64,000 nt of DNA from Chiloscyllium plagiosum (GCF_004010195.1 NC_057719.1:43392732-43456731); one strand, 5' to 3'; shown: positions 1-14,683, numbered from the stretch's first letter. A program made the numbers and translations. Notes: a model not told the origin generated them from the sequence alone.

Positions 1-227
1 ACCTATTGTACTCTATGCTACTCTCTCCCCACCCCCACCCTCCCCTAGCTTATCTCTCCATGCTTCAGGCTCTCTGCCTTTATTCCTGATGAAGGGCTTT
101 TACCGAAACGTCAATTTTGCCTGTCCTCGGATTTTGCCTGTCCTCAGATGCTGCCTGAACTGCTGTGCTCTTCCAGCACCACTAATCCAGAATCTGGTTT
201 CTAGCATCTGCAGTCATTGTTTTTACC
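1..227 (+). mobile_element. Penelope-like element terminal repeat fragment with degenerate hammerhead motif (86-112)
   Basis: Pyrimidine-rich tract, CTGATGA AGGGC...CC GAAACGTC, then GATGCTGCCTGA...CAGCATCTGCAGTC tail shared with other copies. Confidence 0.75.
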
Positions 228-229
228 AT

Positions 230-1060
230 TTGACTGAAGGCAATTGCATAGCCTCACTGAGGACATGCTCTGAACAGAAGAACTCTAGGTCATCCCCCAA
301 CAAAACCCCAAAACAAAACCAAGCCTGGGACAAACAGTTAAAATCTTAAGGTCCGGCTAGCCAGCTATTGTAGTTGCTGCCGGTATGTGTACTTGAGACA
401 GCCAAAAGAAAAGTCCCACTAGACCTAAATAGAATAAGAGAACTCAAAGGCTGGTATCAGGAGAATGCACACTCTGAAAAGTCCACCTACATCTGGTGTG
501 GAACAGTTAAATAGCTTAGCAACATCCAAATCAGAACCAATCAGAATAAACATTCAGTTAAATGGTCACCCGGTTCTAATGAAAGTCAATACCAGCATGG
601 CCATTTCAGTGATCACAGAACTAGTCTTCAACAAAATTAGCCCTGGACTCCAGAGTTCTTATATTTATGCAAGACCTCAACTAGACTAAGAACCTATACT
701 GGGGAACTTTTATAGATTAAGGGTACAACTTCAGTTCTGGCCTCTTATGAGAAGCAACCTACTTGAGCTACAGAGTGAACAAGACCAGATTACACAAATG
801 GGAAGATAAAGTGAGGGTGATGAAAGGTCAAGTGCTGTATGAAGTTTCCTAGGGATGGTGAATTATTATTGAAAGTTCATACATAACCTAGCCTCCATCA
901 TTTCACATTTGCATCAAAGAGTCAGCCTTGGAAATGGTTGTGTAGCCAAGCCACAACTTTCAGGGAAGTGAAGAAACAGGTATCATCCTCTAAGGTTTTG
1001 GCACACTATGATCTACTTTTGACATGTGATTCATCTCTGTACAGCATCAAGGTAGTATCA
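230..1060 (+). mobile_element. Degenerate Ty3/Gypsy LTR-retrotransposon pol remnant
   Basis: ORF 465-689 resembles an aspartic protease (LNGHPVLMKVNTSMAISVI, decayed DTG motif), followed by RTYTGE and later LAHYD-like pol segments; frameshifts and stops. Confidence 0.6.
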
Positions 1061-1074
1061 GCTCATCATGGAAT

Positions 1075-1362
1075 CCCTACAGTGTGGAAACAGGCCCTTT
1101 AGCCCAACAAGTCCACACCAAAGAGTAACCCACCCAGATCCATTCCCCTACCCCTAATAACCTACACTATGGACAATTTAGCACAGCCAATTCAACTAAC
1201 CTGCACATCTTTGGATTATGGGAGGAAACTGGAACACCCAGAGGAAACCCATGCAGACATGGGGAGAATGTGCAAACTCCCCAGTCGCCCAAGGCTGGCA
1301 TTGAACCCAGGTCCCTGGTACTGTGAAGCAGCAGTGCTAACCACTGAGCAGCCATGCCGCCC
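1075..1362 (-). mobile_element. HE1-like tRNA-derived SINE (V-SINE)
   Basis: Minus strand has A/B boxes (TGGTTAGCA..., GGTTCAATGCC), central V-domain-like sequence and CR1-type tail. Confidence 0.8.
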
Positions 1363-1381
1363 TTATTATCTTTTAAATATT

Positions 1382-1682
1382 GTAACTGTACTTAGTATCT
1401 CACACTTCCTCTAGCAGCTCATCCCACATATGAACCAATCTGTATGAAAAAGTTGCCCCTCAGGTCCCTTTTAAATCTTTTTCCTCTCATCTTATACTTA
1501 TGCCCTCTAGTTTCGAACTTTCCTAACCTTGGTAAAAAAAATTGTTATTCATTTTATCTATGCCTCTCATGATTTTATACACCTCTCTAAAGGTCATCCC
1601 TCAACCCCCTATGTTCGAGTGGAAAAAAAGTGCCAGCCTATCTATATAACTCAAATCCTCCAGTTCAGGTAACATCCTTGTT
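1382..1682 (-). mobile_element. CR1 LINE 3' fragment
   Basis: Reverse complement of the CR1 ORF2 C-terminal region seen elsewhere in the window. Confidence 0.7.
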
Positions 1683-4033
1683 TGAGATGTTTAACTGGTG
1701 AAGGTACAAGACAGAACTACTTCCGTGTCAGATTAAGCAACAAATGATAGAAAGGGCTAAGTGATTTCACAAACATCAGATCGGATCTAAGCTTTGCAGT
1801 CCTGCCACATCCAGGTATGAATAGTGGACGATAATTAACTCAGCGCAGAAACTGGCTCCACCAATGTATTCACCATTAATGATGGGTAGCCCAGGACATC
1901 AATGAAAAAGGTTGAAAAATTTGCCACAACCTTCAGTCAGAAACTATTGTGTCTCCAGCATTACAGATTCCACTCTTCAACCATTCAATGCACTCCATGC
2001 GAGGACAAAAAATGGTTGAAGGAACTGGATACTATAAGGTTTATTGGACAGCATCTCCAGTACTATTGCCAAAGTATTGTATGTTCCGGAACTTGCCATG
2101 CTCCTAGTCAAGCTGTACCAGTACAGCCACAATGGCATCTACCTGGCAATGACGAAAATTACTCAGGTATGTCCTGTACACAAAGAGTAGGAAGAATCCA
2201 ACCCAGCCAAAGTACTGCCATTCCTTCAATGTCACTGGGTAAAAATCTTTGGGTCTACCCAAATGGACTGCAGTAAATCAAGGCAGCAGCTCACCACGAC
2301 GCTCTCAAGGGTAATTAGGGATGGGCAATAAAATAGTTAAGAATTCATATAAAACTTCAACTTATGTTTTTTTTAAGAAATAACAAATATTCAATTTAAA
2401 TATTAAACTTTATACACATTCATTTGTCTCATTCATTCATGTGAAGCCTTTTGACTTCACCAAAATTACTCCTTTTATCAATTTAGTCTTAAAACAGACA
2501 TTTCCATCCATATATTTAGCCGGTCCATCAACTTCATCAGAAATTTTAATCTCCAACAAGACCAATGACGATTTGCTTGTCTCCAATATGCTAACATCTA
2601 CGTGATCAAAATGAATGTTGCAAAGTTATAGAGAAATTCTGTCACTCAGCTAAGCCTAAGATATGGTAAGAATGTTATAATATAGGATAACTTTTAAAAG
2701 GTACATTTTTAAACAGCAGCAAGAGCCTCACAATAAAAGCAGGCAGAGCTGTAAGCTGCAATTAGCTATACTAGACTTGGCTTAAAAGTGCTTTTACTTC
2801 ATACTAAATGCCTAAAATAAAAGACTGGTACATATCAAAACCAACTACAATTCATGGATCATGCTGTATTGAAAATATGCTGTTGACATCCTTTTTCCAT
2901 CTATGAGACTGTACAGAAATGCAGTGAACAATCCAATTGGTTGGAGGTTTTGCGGAGGGTGGGTATACCTTTCCCAACGGCTGTAAAGTCTAATCCTGAA
3001 GAGGCATACTCTGTTGCAAGCATCACATACCTGGCACCTGTTTCCAAACTGCAGCCAGTGGTCATTCTGGTCATGCATATCAGTTACAGGAGTTGGTTCC
3101 TCTTTCACCAGCTATTAACACTCACACGTTACAGTCAATGTGTAGGGTTTGCATATCATGCTTGAAAGTATTCTTGTAGTGAAACCTTTGATATGAAGCC
3201 TTGTTTCTATTGACACACAATTGATGAACACATTTAATAATTGTAGAATTTAAAATTACTGACTTCAAATAAACATATTTAACCCAAGAGTCAGACATGG
3301 AAAGTTAACTTTCTTTACATTTGGCTTCTCCTATATGAATGTGCCAACTGTAATTAATAACAAGGTATATTTAAATGTTTGTATAAAACTCAAAATAAAT
3401 AAGATTACATAACAAAATAACCTATAGTTTAGGCAAATTTAACAAAGTTGAAATAAACTAACTAATGCCTACATCTCAAAGGTTTACAGGAGAAGTGCAA
3501 AATACATGTGTAATTATTCAATAATTTCATAATTAGAGAATTTCAAAATCAGGTCATTTGCAAACCTGCATTGAATATATTGTGCCTATTACCATTACAA
3601 AAAGGTTACTAAAGCAGTTTTCAAACATGATCAACAATATTCTTGTTGAAAACCAACCAAACTTAGAATTATCTTTTCAGAGAATTTTAAGAAAAATCCA
3701 AAAGAACAATGGTCTCAGAAAGTACCAGGGATCCATCAGAATTCAGCATTAAAATGTGCTGTATCACATCACAACTCATGACAACAAACCTACAAATGGA
3801 AACCGGAGAACAAACACCTCTTTCCTACAATATTATATAAATTAACTGCAGTTTCAACCCAATCAGTAACATAAATGATACAGCTTGCATAACAGCCAGG
3901 ATAAATGCTAGAAATGATAATATTGATGACAACTGAAAAGTAATAATGTAATGTAATTACATTCTATGAAGAACAGAAAGGCGACATCCACAGGACTAAA
4001 TGTCATTTCACAATGTGTTTAAAAAAAAAAATA

Positions 4034-4039
4034 TTTATT
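4034..4039 (-). terminator. Candidate VCPKMT polyadenylation signal AATAAA
   Basis: AATAAA on the minus strand ~93 nt after the stop, followed by a U-rich run. Confidence 0.5.
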
Positions 4040-4131
4040 TCTGTAGTGGTTATTGATAATAACACTCTTATAAGAACTGCCTTTTTACATCATGGTTGAA
4101 ACTTTTTGGTTATTTGAAAACAAAAGCAGCC

Positions 4132-4242
<111 letters not shown>

Positions 4243-4419
4243 CTAAATAAAACAAGAAAAGTTAACATTGAAGTACATGCAATCAATACATAAAGAAAGT
4301 CTGAGTTCAAAACCAATTGAACATAAATCTCTTTCTTTTTTAAAACAGTTAAGCTGAATAAATAATGTACAAAAGTCTAAACCCTATGGACATCTACATG
4401 CCTAGACAGTAACTGGGAC

Positions 4420-4685
4420 AAAGTGAGGACTGCATGTGCTAGAGAGTCCATCTTCCTTCCCACCTATCCGCTCCACTCTCCACACCAACTTATTACAATC
4501 AGCTCCCACCTCCATCCACCTATCGCCATCCCACCTACTTTCCCCAGCCCTACCCCCCATTTACCCCTTAGCCTCCTTTTCCCTCCACAGTCCTGATGAA
4601 GGGCTTATGCCCGAAAGATTGACTCTCCTGCTCATTGGACGCTGCCTGATCTGCTGTACTTTTTTTTGCACCACACTTTTCAACT
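4420..4685 (+). mobile_element. Penelope-like terminal repeat with hammerhead motif (4589-4624)
   Basis: AGTC CTGATGA A GGGC TTAT GCCC GAAA GA TT GACT; short inverted tail piece at the 5' end. Confidence 0.75.
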
Positions 4686-5007
4686 TGGTACAGTAATGCC
4701 AACAGCAACATGGTCTTCAACATCTTGACCGCTAAAAATAATTTCTCTTTTATATATGGTCAAACATAAATCAATCTTAGGTTCAACCACTAAGGAAAAT
4801 TAACTCAAATTAAAAATAGAAATGTCTCCCAAATACTATGCAAGTAAAATTATTGCTATCTTTCTGACTACATTTTACAAGTGATCTCAGCGAGCAACAC
4901 ACCATAGAAGCAGACTATTTGTCCCACCATTTTCTTCATAAATTTATTATGGAGCAAATTCTAATTGCTGGTTTGTTCCTACTAAAGCTACAGCATTAAC
5001 CAGATTA

Positions 5008-5235
<228 letters not shown>

Positions 5236-5454
5236 TCAACTCTCACTAATAATGTCAGAAAACCTGAACAATCACATAGTAGAATTTTGGTATTCTTACA
5301 AAAAAAGTGTTAAAGGAATTTAAACTCATACAAAACTGAAAACTTAGGAATTTCTAACTTGAAAACTTTACGAAAACAAAGATCATTTGATGCAAGATTA
5401 AAAGTGCTATTTTATTTTGAAATGCCATCAATAAACAGAGCACAATAGTACTTA

Positions 5455-6830
5455 TATAGAAACACAGAAAATAGGTGCAGGAGCAGGTCATTCGGCCTTT
5501 CGAGGCTGCCATTCAACATGACCATGTTCATGGCTGATCATGCAATTTCAGTATCCCACTCCCGCTTTCTCTCCATACCCCTTAATCTCTTTAGCCACAA
5601 GTGTAGGCCCCAGTTCCCTCCTGAATACATCTAACGAACTGGTCCTGACAGCTTTCTGTGGTAGACAATTCCACAGATTCACAACTCTGAGTAAAGAAAT
5701 TCTTCCTCATCTTAGACTATGACCCTATAGTTCTGGACTTCTTCAACATAGGTAACATTCTTCCTGCACCAAGCCTGCCCAGTCCCATCAGGATTTCAGG
5801 CATTTCTATGAGATTTCTCCCTTATTCTTCTAAATTCCACTGAGTGCAAGCCCAGTCGATCCAGGTTTTCTCCATATATGTTAGTTCTGACATCCAGGTC
5901 TGGTGAACCTTTGCTGGACTCCCACAATATCAAGAATGTCCTTCCTCAGACTAGGAGACCAAATTTGCACACCATACTAGACGGGAGGCCTCACCAAGGC
6001 CCTGCATAACTGCTGCAAGACATCCCTACTCCTACACTTAAATTCTCTTGCTATGAAGGCAGACATGTCATTAGCTTTTCACACTAACTATTGGACCTGC
6101 ATATCAACCATCAGCAACTGTACCACCATGACATCCATGTCTCATTGCACCTCCCCATTTCCTAAACTTCCACAATTCGGATAATAATCTGCCTTCCTGT
6201 TTTTGCCATCAACGTGGATAACCTCACATTTATTCACATTATATTGCATTTGACAGGTACATGCCCAGTCAGCCAGCCTGTCCAAGTCACTAGGCTTTTA
6301 GCATCCTCCTCACAGCACACACTGCCACCCAGATTAGTGCTGTCTGCAAACTGGAGATATTGCATTCAATTCCTTCATCCAGATTATTAATGTATATTGT
6401 GAACAGCTGAGGTTCCAGCACTGAACCCTGTGGCATCTCACTCACCACTGTCTGCAAGTCTGAAAAGGACCCATTTATTCCAACTCTTTGCTTCCTGTCT
6501 GCCGACCAGTTCTTTATCCACATTAATACATTAACTCAGTTATCATGACCTTTAACCATGCTTACTATCTCTTGTGTGGGACCTTGTCAAAAGCCTTTTT
6601 AAAGTCCAGCTATACAACATTCACTGATTCACCTTTGTCCACTCTCTTGGTCACATCCTCAAAAGATTCCAAAAGATTAGTCAAGCACGCTTTTCCCTTT
6701 AGTGAATCCATGCTGACTTGGACCAATCTTATCACTGCTTCCCAACTGCTCAGTTATTACAGCCTTAATGAATGATGCCAGTATGTTCCCCACCACCAAT
6801 ATCAGACTATCGTGCCTATAATTTCCCCAT
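5455..6830 (-). mobile_element. CR1 LINE, 5'-truncated, degenerate RT
   Basis: ORF 6290-6523 KQRVGINGSFS...PQGSVLEPQLFTIYIN; (TTCTA)n-like tail at ~5455. Confidence 0.85.
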
Positions 6831-8167
6831 TCTTATGTATTGTTTTCTGGCCAAGCTATGTACTTTCCACTATGCTCTTTGAATTAGCAAAGAAATTTTG
6901 CAGTTAGATTTCAACCAATGAAAATCATGTTTGAGAGCTCTGCCCATCTTCAAAATGACCGAAAAATGAAAAAGTTAAAAAATAAATCAAGTTGGATTAC
7001 ATAAAAATAATAATTAGTTTATATACTGTTGTCGTGCAGACTCGAAAACATTGCTTCCAAACAGAGTTTTATTACTCTAATCAGGAGTGTGTAAACTCTA
7101 ATCTTATAATCCCCAGTTGACTCAAATGATTCGAAGATTTTGTTGAGATCACCCACCATAGAAACATTGAAAATATAGCATGAAGTGAAATAAAGTCTGA
7201 AATATTCATAAGGTCAGACCGCACCTGTGAAAAAGGGAGGATTCTGACAAAAAGTCACTAGCCGGCAATATTGACCCTACCTTCCTTCTCCACAGATACT
7301 CCATGATACACTGATTTTCTATTTATACTCAAAATAGAAATATCTGAACCACCAAAAAACCTGCACAAGTGAACATTCCATAAAGTTTTGCTACATTCAA
7401 TTCCAACTTTTTTATCAAACTCTTCAGGTATGTAATATAACATGACTCTGTGGCAGGTGGGACCTGACAGCACAACTGCCTCATAAACCACCTACATACT
7501 TAATTCTGTAAATTCAAGCTGAACCATTAAAATCAAGGGTAACTCAAAACTTCTGCATTCCTAATCTTAATCAAATGGTACTGCAAGTCTAAATACTATA
7601 TTTGTGCAAATATAGTTCAAAAGTTGAACTTTATAAATACCATGGAGGATAATAGAAAATTATGGGAAGATAGTACAGCAGAAAGTTTCGTTTTGGGTGG
7701 CTTTAATGAACAGCCAGGCAAAACAATGGATTCCTAATCAATAAGCATCTATATTTCTCATTTTACCAAGAAATGAAGATTAATGCATTTATCGGCATGG
7801 ATGGGTTGGACCGAAGGGTCTGTTTCCATGCTGTACATCTCTATGACTTTATGTATACATTAACTTTACTGTCAATGATGTACTATCAATGCACAATTAG
7901 AGTTTGTTCGTTGCATTGTATAAAGAAATATATTTTTAAATTTCTCACATTTCAAATTCAAAGATATACTTAAGCTGAATGAAGAACCATTACGAAATCA
8001 ATCACATTTACAGAAATCACATTCATCATCTGGTTTTTTGCATAGGAGAAGGAGAAAACAACTTGATTTTTCTGCAAAAATATTTTCATTGCACGTATCA
8101 AAGTAAAAACAAAGTTCAAGAGCTTATAAAATGTACATTAGTTTGGGAAAATCAAAAGTGCACATAC

Positions 8168-8240
8168 CTGCTCATAGTAAATACAGTCTGCCACAAGAAT
8201 GTAGTCTAGGTCAGATGGAAGGTCTTTCACACTTTCACCC
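8168..8240 (-). CDS. VCPKMT: VCPKMT coding exon 3
   Basis: ttttcag|G; GESVKDLPSDLDYILVADCIYYEQ (DCIY motif); donor CAG|GTATGT; 73 nt. Confidence 0.95.
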
Positions 8241-8599
8241 CTGAAAAATATCACAGTAGAGATACATTACAGCTGCAATTCTGATACAGAAAGAAAAATA
8301 AGTAATTTATTGTTTTGAGCCTGCTACCATTCAATGAGATATTAGATTATCTATACCTGAACTTCATTTATCCACCTTATGCGTGCAAGATTGCACTGTG
8401 AATTTACTCCAAAACAGCACAGACATAATGTTAAACTTCTTCCTGCTTGCTATGCATTGCTCAAGAGGATATTAAGTAGATTTGTGCCACTGAAGTGGCT
8501 TTCTGATAATGTTAGAAGTCACAGCTATGTCATGTTTTGAAAGAATTGATACCTCATCAAAAAACAGCTAAAGTAGACCAACACACAACAGATCTAATC

Positions 8600-10060
8600 T
8601 AGATCTTGCATCAATGTATATTAAGCTTGGAGGCAATCTGCAGTACTTGCACCATTCAGCCAGGTCACCCACACCACGAGGTCCTCAGCAACACAAACAT
8701 TGATTCACTCTGTGTGATATCAAGAAAGAGTTAAAAGGACTGGATACTCAAAAGCCATGGCTCTGACCTCATTCTGAAAACGTGTGCTCCAGAACTATCC
8801 AAACCCTTAGCCAAGCTGTTCCAGTGCACCTACAACATTGGCATCAGCCTGGGAATGGAAAGTTGCTTGATATGCCCATTCCACAAGTATCATAATAAGT
8901 CTAAACCAACCAAGTAGAACCCTACCAGTCTACTCTCAATTTTCAGTAAAGCAATGGAAGGGATCATAAACAATGCTATCAAGCTACATGTGTGAAGGAA
9001 TATGCTGCTTTTCACTGTTGCAGTGTTTAGGAATAACTGTGCTCCTGACCTCATTATTGCCTTGGTCAAATGTGGACAGAACAGCTGAACAGCAATGACC
9101 GTTAACATCAAGGCAGCATTTGATCAAGTACAATATGACATCAAGGAGTCCTACCAAAACTGAAATCAATGGGATACATGGGATAAACCTTCTATTGGTT
9201 GGAGTCATATCTAGCACAAAGAAGATAGCTGTGGTTTTTGGATGTCAAGGACCATCACTGCAGGTGTTCCTCAGGACAGATATTTTCTAATCAACCTGTT
9301 CAGATAAGGTAATACACACCTCTGGAGAAGGAGGACTTCAACCTTCAGATTCGGGACACTACCACTGCACCACAATGGTCCCTTGTTCTTCAAGATAGAT
9401 ATTCTTGAATCAACCTGTTCAGAGATGTTATTACACACCCTGAAGCAGGCGGGACCTGAACCCAGAACTTCTAGTCCAGATGTAGGGACACTACCATGCC
9501 ATAAGAGACCTTACTTTCTCAGGATAATGTCCCAGGTCTTAATCATCTTCAGCTACTTCATCAATAATTTTCTATCCAGTTTGAGGCTATAAGTGGGAAT
9601 GTCCACTGATGATAACACAATCTTTATCACCATTTGAGACTCCTCAGATAAGAAAGCACATCATGTCCAATCGCAGCTAGACCTGGACAACAATCAGGCA
9701 TGGCTGCTAAGAGGCAAGTTAACATTCACACCACCCAAATGCAAGGTAATGATCCTCTCTAATGACACAACCTAACCAATCACACCTTGATGTTCACAGG
9801 TACCACCATTGCTAAATTCCGACTACCAACATGGGGGTGTGGCTTTCCACCACTTACAAGCTACAAAACAGAAGTATGGTGAAATATCCTCCCCTTGCGT
9901 GGATGGGTACAACTCCAACAACTTTCAAGCAGCTTAAGGACTGCAGTTTTTTTCAGAAGGCAGCTCAGCACCACGTTCCAGCACAGTTTGGGATTGGCAA
10001 TAAATGATGGCATAGTTAGCAACAATGACATTTGATGAAAGGATAAAAAAGAATTCCCAG
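8600..10060 (+). mobile_element. Old CR1-clade LINE fragments (related pieces at ~1750-2330, ~11800-12880, ~23290-23640, ~44180-44640)
   Basis: Decayed RT segment PLAKLFQ..YN.GI...and shared GGCAATAAATG 3' tail; boundaries approximate. Confidence 0.6.
9292..9510 (-). mobile_element. Tandem pair of short tRNA-derived SINE units
   Basis: Two ~110-nt units with TGGTAGTGTCCC, B-box-like GGTTCAGGTCC and a TCTGAACAGGTTGATT tail. Confidence 0.6.
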
Positions 10061-11588
10061 CTCAATCTAGGATTGGTGTGCCACCCAATACTATGATGCC
10101 ATTTTTGCATATCCAAATCACAATATACACTGATTCAGAAGTGGGAGGTAATTGCAGAGATATTAAAAAAGTAGCCATTAGGCACTCTGTAAAATGGTAA
10201 CTATTTATAACCCCAGTTCAACAATATTTATACAACAGGCATCCCCTCCATTTCAACAAAATAATCAGGTTTACACACAAATCTTCTACATTTTTGCAAA
10301 ATCAATAGAAATCATATACAAACCATTCCATTATCAAAGATCAAAGACACAAACTAAACAAACTCAAAGCCCTTGAGAAATATTTTGATCCTAACTCCTT
10401 TCCTGCATCCAGTTTTTGAATGTCAATAGAACCAAAACAGTTTAGCACATTTGGTATTCTCTCAATTGGTAGCGCTCAGTTCAGCAAAAATGTTGTGCTT
10501 TCAAGCCAGTTTTAATACTTGCTTCCAAGGCTCAGTATTGTATGAAGAATCGATACATTTCAAAGGAAACATTACATTATATTTCAGAATGTTTATCTTT
10601 AAAGCAAGGCTTTCACCTTCCAACTATCCATCCTAAATCACCAAAACCTGCATTAACTTATTTTGCTCTGGTGGGATTCTCACTGAAACAAACTACATTT
10701 TTCCCCATGAAGAATTTCAGAAGTTATTAATTAGGAAACTGTTTGTGACTGTTACAGAGTGCTTTAAGTTTAAATGAATTCTCCTGAACGTCCATATACA
10801 TTCACAATAAAATTTCTGAAACAAACATTGATTGCCTGGACAAAAAGAACCTGACCAAAAGACTTAACCTAGATATATTCTTAACCTCTGTTTCTATACA
10901 TGTGGAATAAGAAAGTGTAGGTGGGGGGCCTACTAGACTCCTGGTCTGAACAATGTTTCATCAATCATATTTAGATAAATACCAAGTATTAGTGCACATA
11001 CTTCCTGAGCCCGTACCTGATCCACAAAAGCTTCAAAATTAATTTTTGTTCTTTGACTGTTCAGGGATATTACAACTATTAACACAAATAATTATTTATT
11101 CCTTCTTTCCCATCCACGATAAAAAAAATTTTCAAAGCAACAAAGAAAATGAGACGAGCAAAACCTAAGAAAAACAAAATTATTTGGGTTCAAGTTTCCC
11201 TCAAGTGGTACACCTCTCTCTCACCTTGATTAACTGATAAGGCTGGAAGAACTGCCTGAAAAATTCCTCTTCTTGGAACCAAAGTTGTCAATACCAGCTG
11301 GTGTCAGTAGGAAGAAATTATAGTTTGGAACTAAAGAACAGATTAATTGTTCATCTAAAGATATTCATGTACTGACAATAAAAAAGGAGTTAATGGAAGT
11401 GATCCAGGGGAAGTATTTCTGTATCTTCACAGTAAAATAAAACACAGGTTTCAAGAGAAATATTAAATATCTTGACAGATAAATCCATGTGATGATTTAT
11501 CCTCTTCCATTTAATACTCTCCCTTCACAAACTTGATTAAACATCTGGCATGCAGAAGATAATGAACAATTACTTTATTTTAAAGTTA

Positions 11589-11744
<156 letters not shown>

Positions 11745-13099
11745 TTAAAATCAAAAATTAAACTTAAAATGACTTACATTTGATTGTGCAACTGCATTTA
11801 TCTTCAGTCAGAAATGCCATGTGGATGATCAATTGCCAACTGCTGCTGGAATCCTCTCCATCAACCCAGATGCAAATCTTCATCCAACTCAATTCACACC
11901 AAATGATCAAAAAAAAACCCGAGTGCACGAGATACAGCAAAGGACAAAGATCCTGCTAACATCTAACTGTGATGTGGAAAAATAGTTCTTGAGAACTTAT
12001 TAGCCAAGCTGCTCCAGTACAGCTACAACACTGGCATGTTGTCAACAATGTAAAACTCAACCAATTGTATCCTAATTACAAAAGGCAGGGCAAATCTGAT
12101 CTGGCTTACTGCTTTCATGCCAGTCTACTCTCAATAATTAGCAAAGTAATAAAAGGTAGTGGCAACAGAACTACCATTTGGTAAATATATTCACAAATAA
12201 TGTTCATTGGGGCTTAATTTGGTTCTGTTAGTCATTTGGCTACAGATTTCATTACAATCTTGGTCTTAACTCAAGAAACTAAATTCCCGAGGTGAGATTT
12301 TGAGGCAGTATTTCACCAAGTGCAGTATGAGGAACTTCAATAGGATTGAAGTCAATGGGAATAAAGGGGAAAACTCTCCATTAGGTAGTGCAGTAGAAGA
12401 AAGGATGATCACTATGGCTGTGGAAGTCCAATCATTTCACTCACAGGGCAGTGCTGCAGGAGTTTCTCGTGATAATGTTTTAGGCCCAATCATCTCCAGC
12501 GACCTTCCCCTTTCCCATAATAAAAAGTCAGGATACGTTCATTAATGATTGCACAATGTTTATTACACTTTGCAACTTCTCAGGTGCTAAACAAGTTGAC
12601 ATCCAAATGCAGCAAGATTTGAGTTTGAATTAGTAAGTACCTACTTGTGTTGCATAAGTATCAGGCAATGGCCATCTCGAACAAGGGTGAATTGAAGATC
12701 CTCACTATGAAACTCAACAGTATTGCCATTACTGAATCCTCCATTATCAAATACAAAGGGTTAGCATTGCCCAGAAGCTGAACTGTGACTACAAGTCAGA
12801 GAGCAGGAATTTTGAGGTGAGTATCATTCCTGACTCCCCAAAGTACATCATCCACTTACAAGGCCCAAATCAGAAACATCCAGCAGCATATAAAAAGTCA
12901 GAGCTAAGGGTACTGATGTTTTGATAATTAACTAAAAGTTCAGAGGCATTTGACCCAGAGCTGAGTATTCATCCCGAGATCTTCTTTATCACAAAGGACC
13001 TAACAGTACCAATCCCTGTCTCAGCTTATCTGCAGATGAAGCCCTTACCCACACTTTTGAAACCCTATTCTAAAGCTTCCTTACACGTTCAACCTGCAT

Positions 13100-13580
13100 A
13101 ACTTTGTCCAGGCCTTGCTATAGGAAGCATATTATTAAATTGGAGAGGGTTCAGACAAGATTTACACAGGATCTTGCTGGGACTGGAGGGCTTGAGTTAT
13201 AAGGAAAGGCTGGATAAACTGGGACTTTCTTCACTGAAGCTTAGAAGGTTGAGGTTTATAAAATCATTAGGGGTATAATGATTTTAAGCAAAGTCTTTTC
13301 TCCCTGCCTTTTGGAGGTTCAAAACAAGGAGGCATACGTTTAAGTTGAGAGCAGAAAGCTTTAAAAGTGACCTGAAGGACAACATTTCCATGCAGAAAGT
13401 GGTTCATAGGAAGTGGTAGATACAGGTACAGTTATAACATTTAAAAGACATTTAATAGGTGTATGAATAGGACGGTTTAGATGCCAAATGCAGACAAGTG
13501 GGACTAGTTTAGTTTTGGAAACTTGGTCAGCATGGACAAGTTGGACAGAAGGGTCTGTTTCTGTGCTGTATGGCTATGTC
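13100..13580 (+). mobile_element. CR1 LINE 3' fragment
   Basis: LERVQ..FT..L.GL pattern and GGACAGAAGGGTCTGTTTCTGTGCTGTA tail. Confidence 0.75.
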
Positions 13581-13814
13581 CTAACATACACTAAATACCA
13601 TTCATCACCTTTCCATCTCTGTAACCTCCTTCAACAATACAATTCTGATATCTCTGCACTGTTCAATTTTTGCCTTTTCTGCATCCCCAATTCTCATCAC
13701 CCAGGCCTCTTCATTAGTCTTAATACCTCATTTGCAGATTGGCGTCATTTTTTTGTCTGATTATGTTCCTTTGAACTATATTCAAGATAGTACATAAATG
13801 CAAGTTTTTGATAT

Positions 13815-14135
13815 GGGTAGGTAATGGCATCATGGCATTACCACAAGATTATTACCCAGGTATTGTTCTGGGAACCTGGGTTTGAATGCTGCCATGGCAG
13901 ATGGTGGGATTCAAATTCAATAATAACCTGAAATGAAGTTAAATGATGACCATGAAACAATTGCAGGTTGTCAGGGGAAAAAAAACATCTGGTTCACTAA
14001 CCATCTGGTCCTTTAGGGAAGGAAATCGGTTATCATTACCTGATCTCCCCCGACCCAGAGCAGAGCAAAGTGGTTGATTCTTTACTGTCCTCTGGGCAAT
14101 AAATGCTGATCCAGTCAATCATCCCATGAATGAAT
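13815..14135 (+). mobile_element. tRNA-headed SINE sharing the GGGCAATAAATGCTG tail (second copy on minus strand ~51590-51820)
   Basis: Two mutually similar copies; B-box-like GGTTTGAATGC; tail like that of the old CR1 family. Confidence 0.55.
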
Positions 14136-14683
14136 TGAAACAAAAACAGCCATAAAACATCAGTAAATTGGTTATGTAGCTACAATTCACCCAATAATCT
14201 ACAGAATGAACACAAGTTCAGTAGGGGTAATGGTCATGACACTTGCAACATTTAATATTTAGTGTAACCAATAATGTCCTGAAGATACAGCATGTAGAAT
14301 GCAAGTTGCTTAAACGAAACAAAGTATTGGAGACACTCAGCATGTGTAGAGAAACAGAGTCGACATTTTCAGTCCCTGTTTGTCAAGAGGTTCTGATAAA
14401 GTCACTGTTTGTCAAGAGGTTCTGATAAAGGGTCACTGGATTCGAAACATTTAATCTAGTTCTGTGTACCAATGCTACCAAACCAGAGTTCCTCCAGCAC
14501 TTTCTGCATGTGTTTCTGATTTTCAGTATCTGCAGTTGTTTGTTCATGCACGTTACTTATCTCAGTTCATCTGAAAAAAAGTGAAAGACCAACAATAATC
14601 TATTCATTCCCATGAGTTCTTCAGAAGGTGACTACAGCTTGGAATTGGTTTCAATTTTAGGAATAGGCCTTGCTCTGACATTA

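Noticed and set aside
2440..2670. Open frames and a strong plus-strand donor (ATG|GTAAGA) suggesting an antisense exon
   Set aside because: No recognisable peptide and no consistent acceptor/frame
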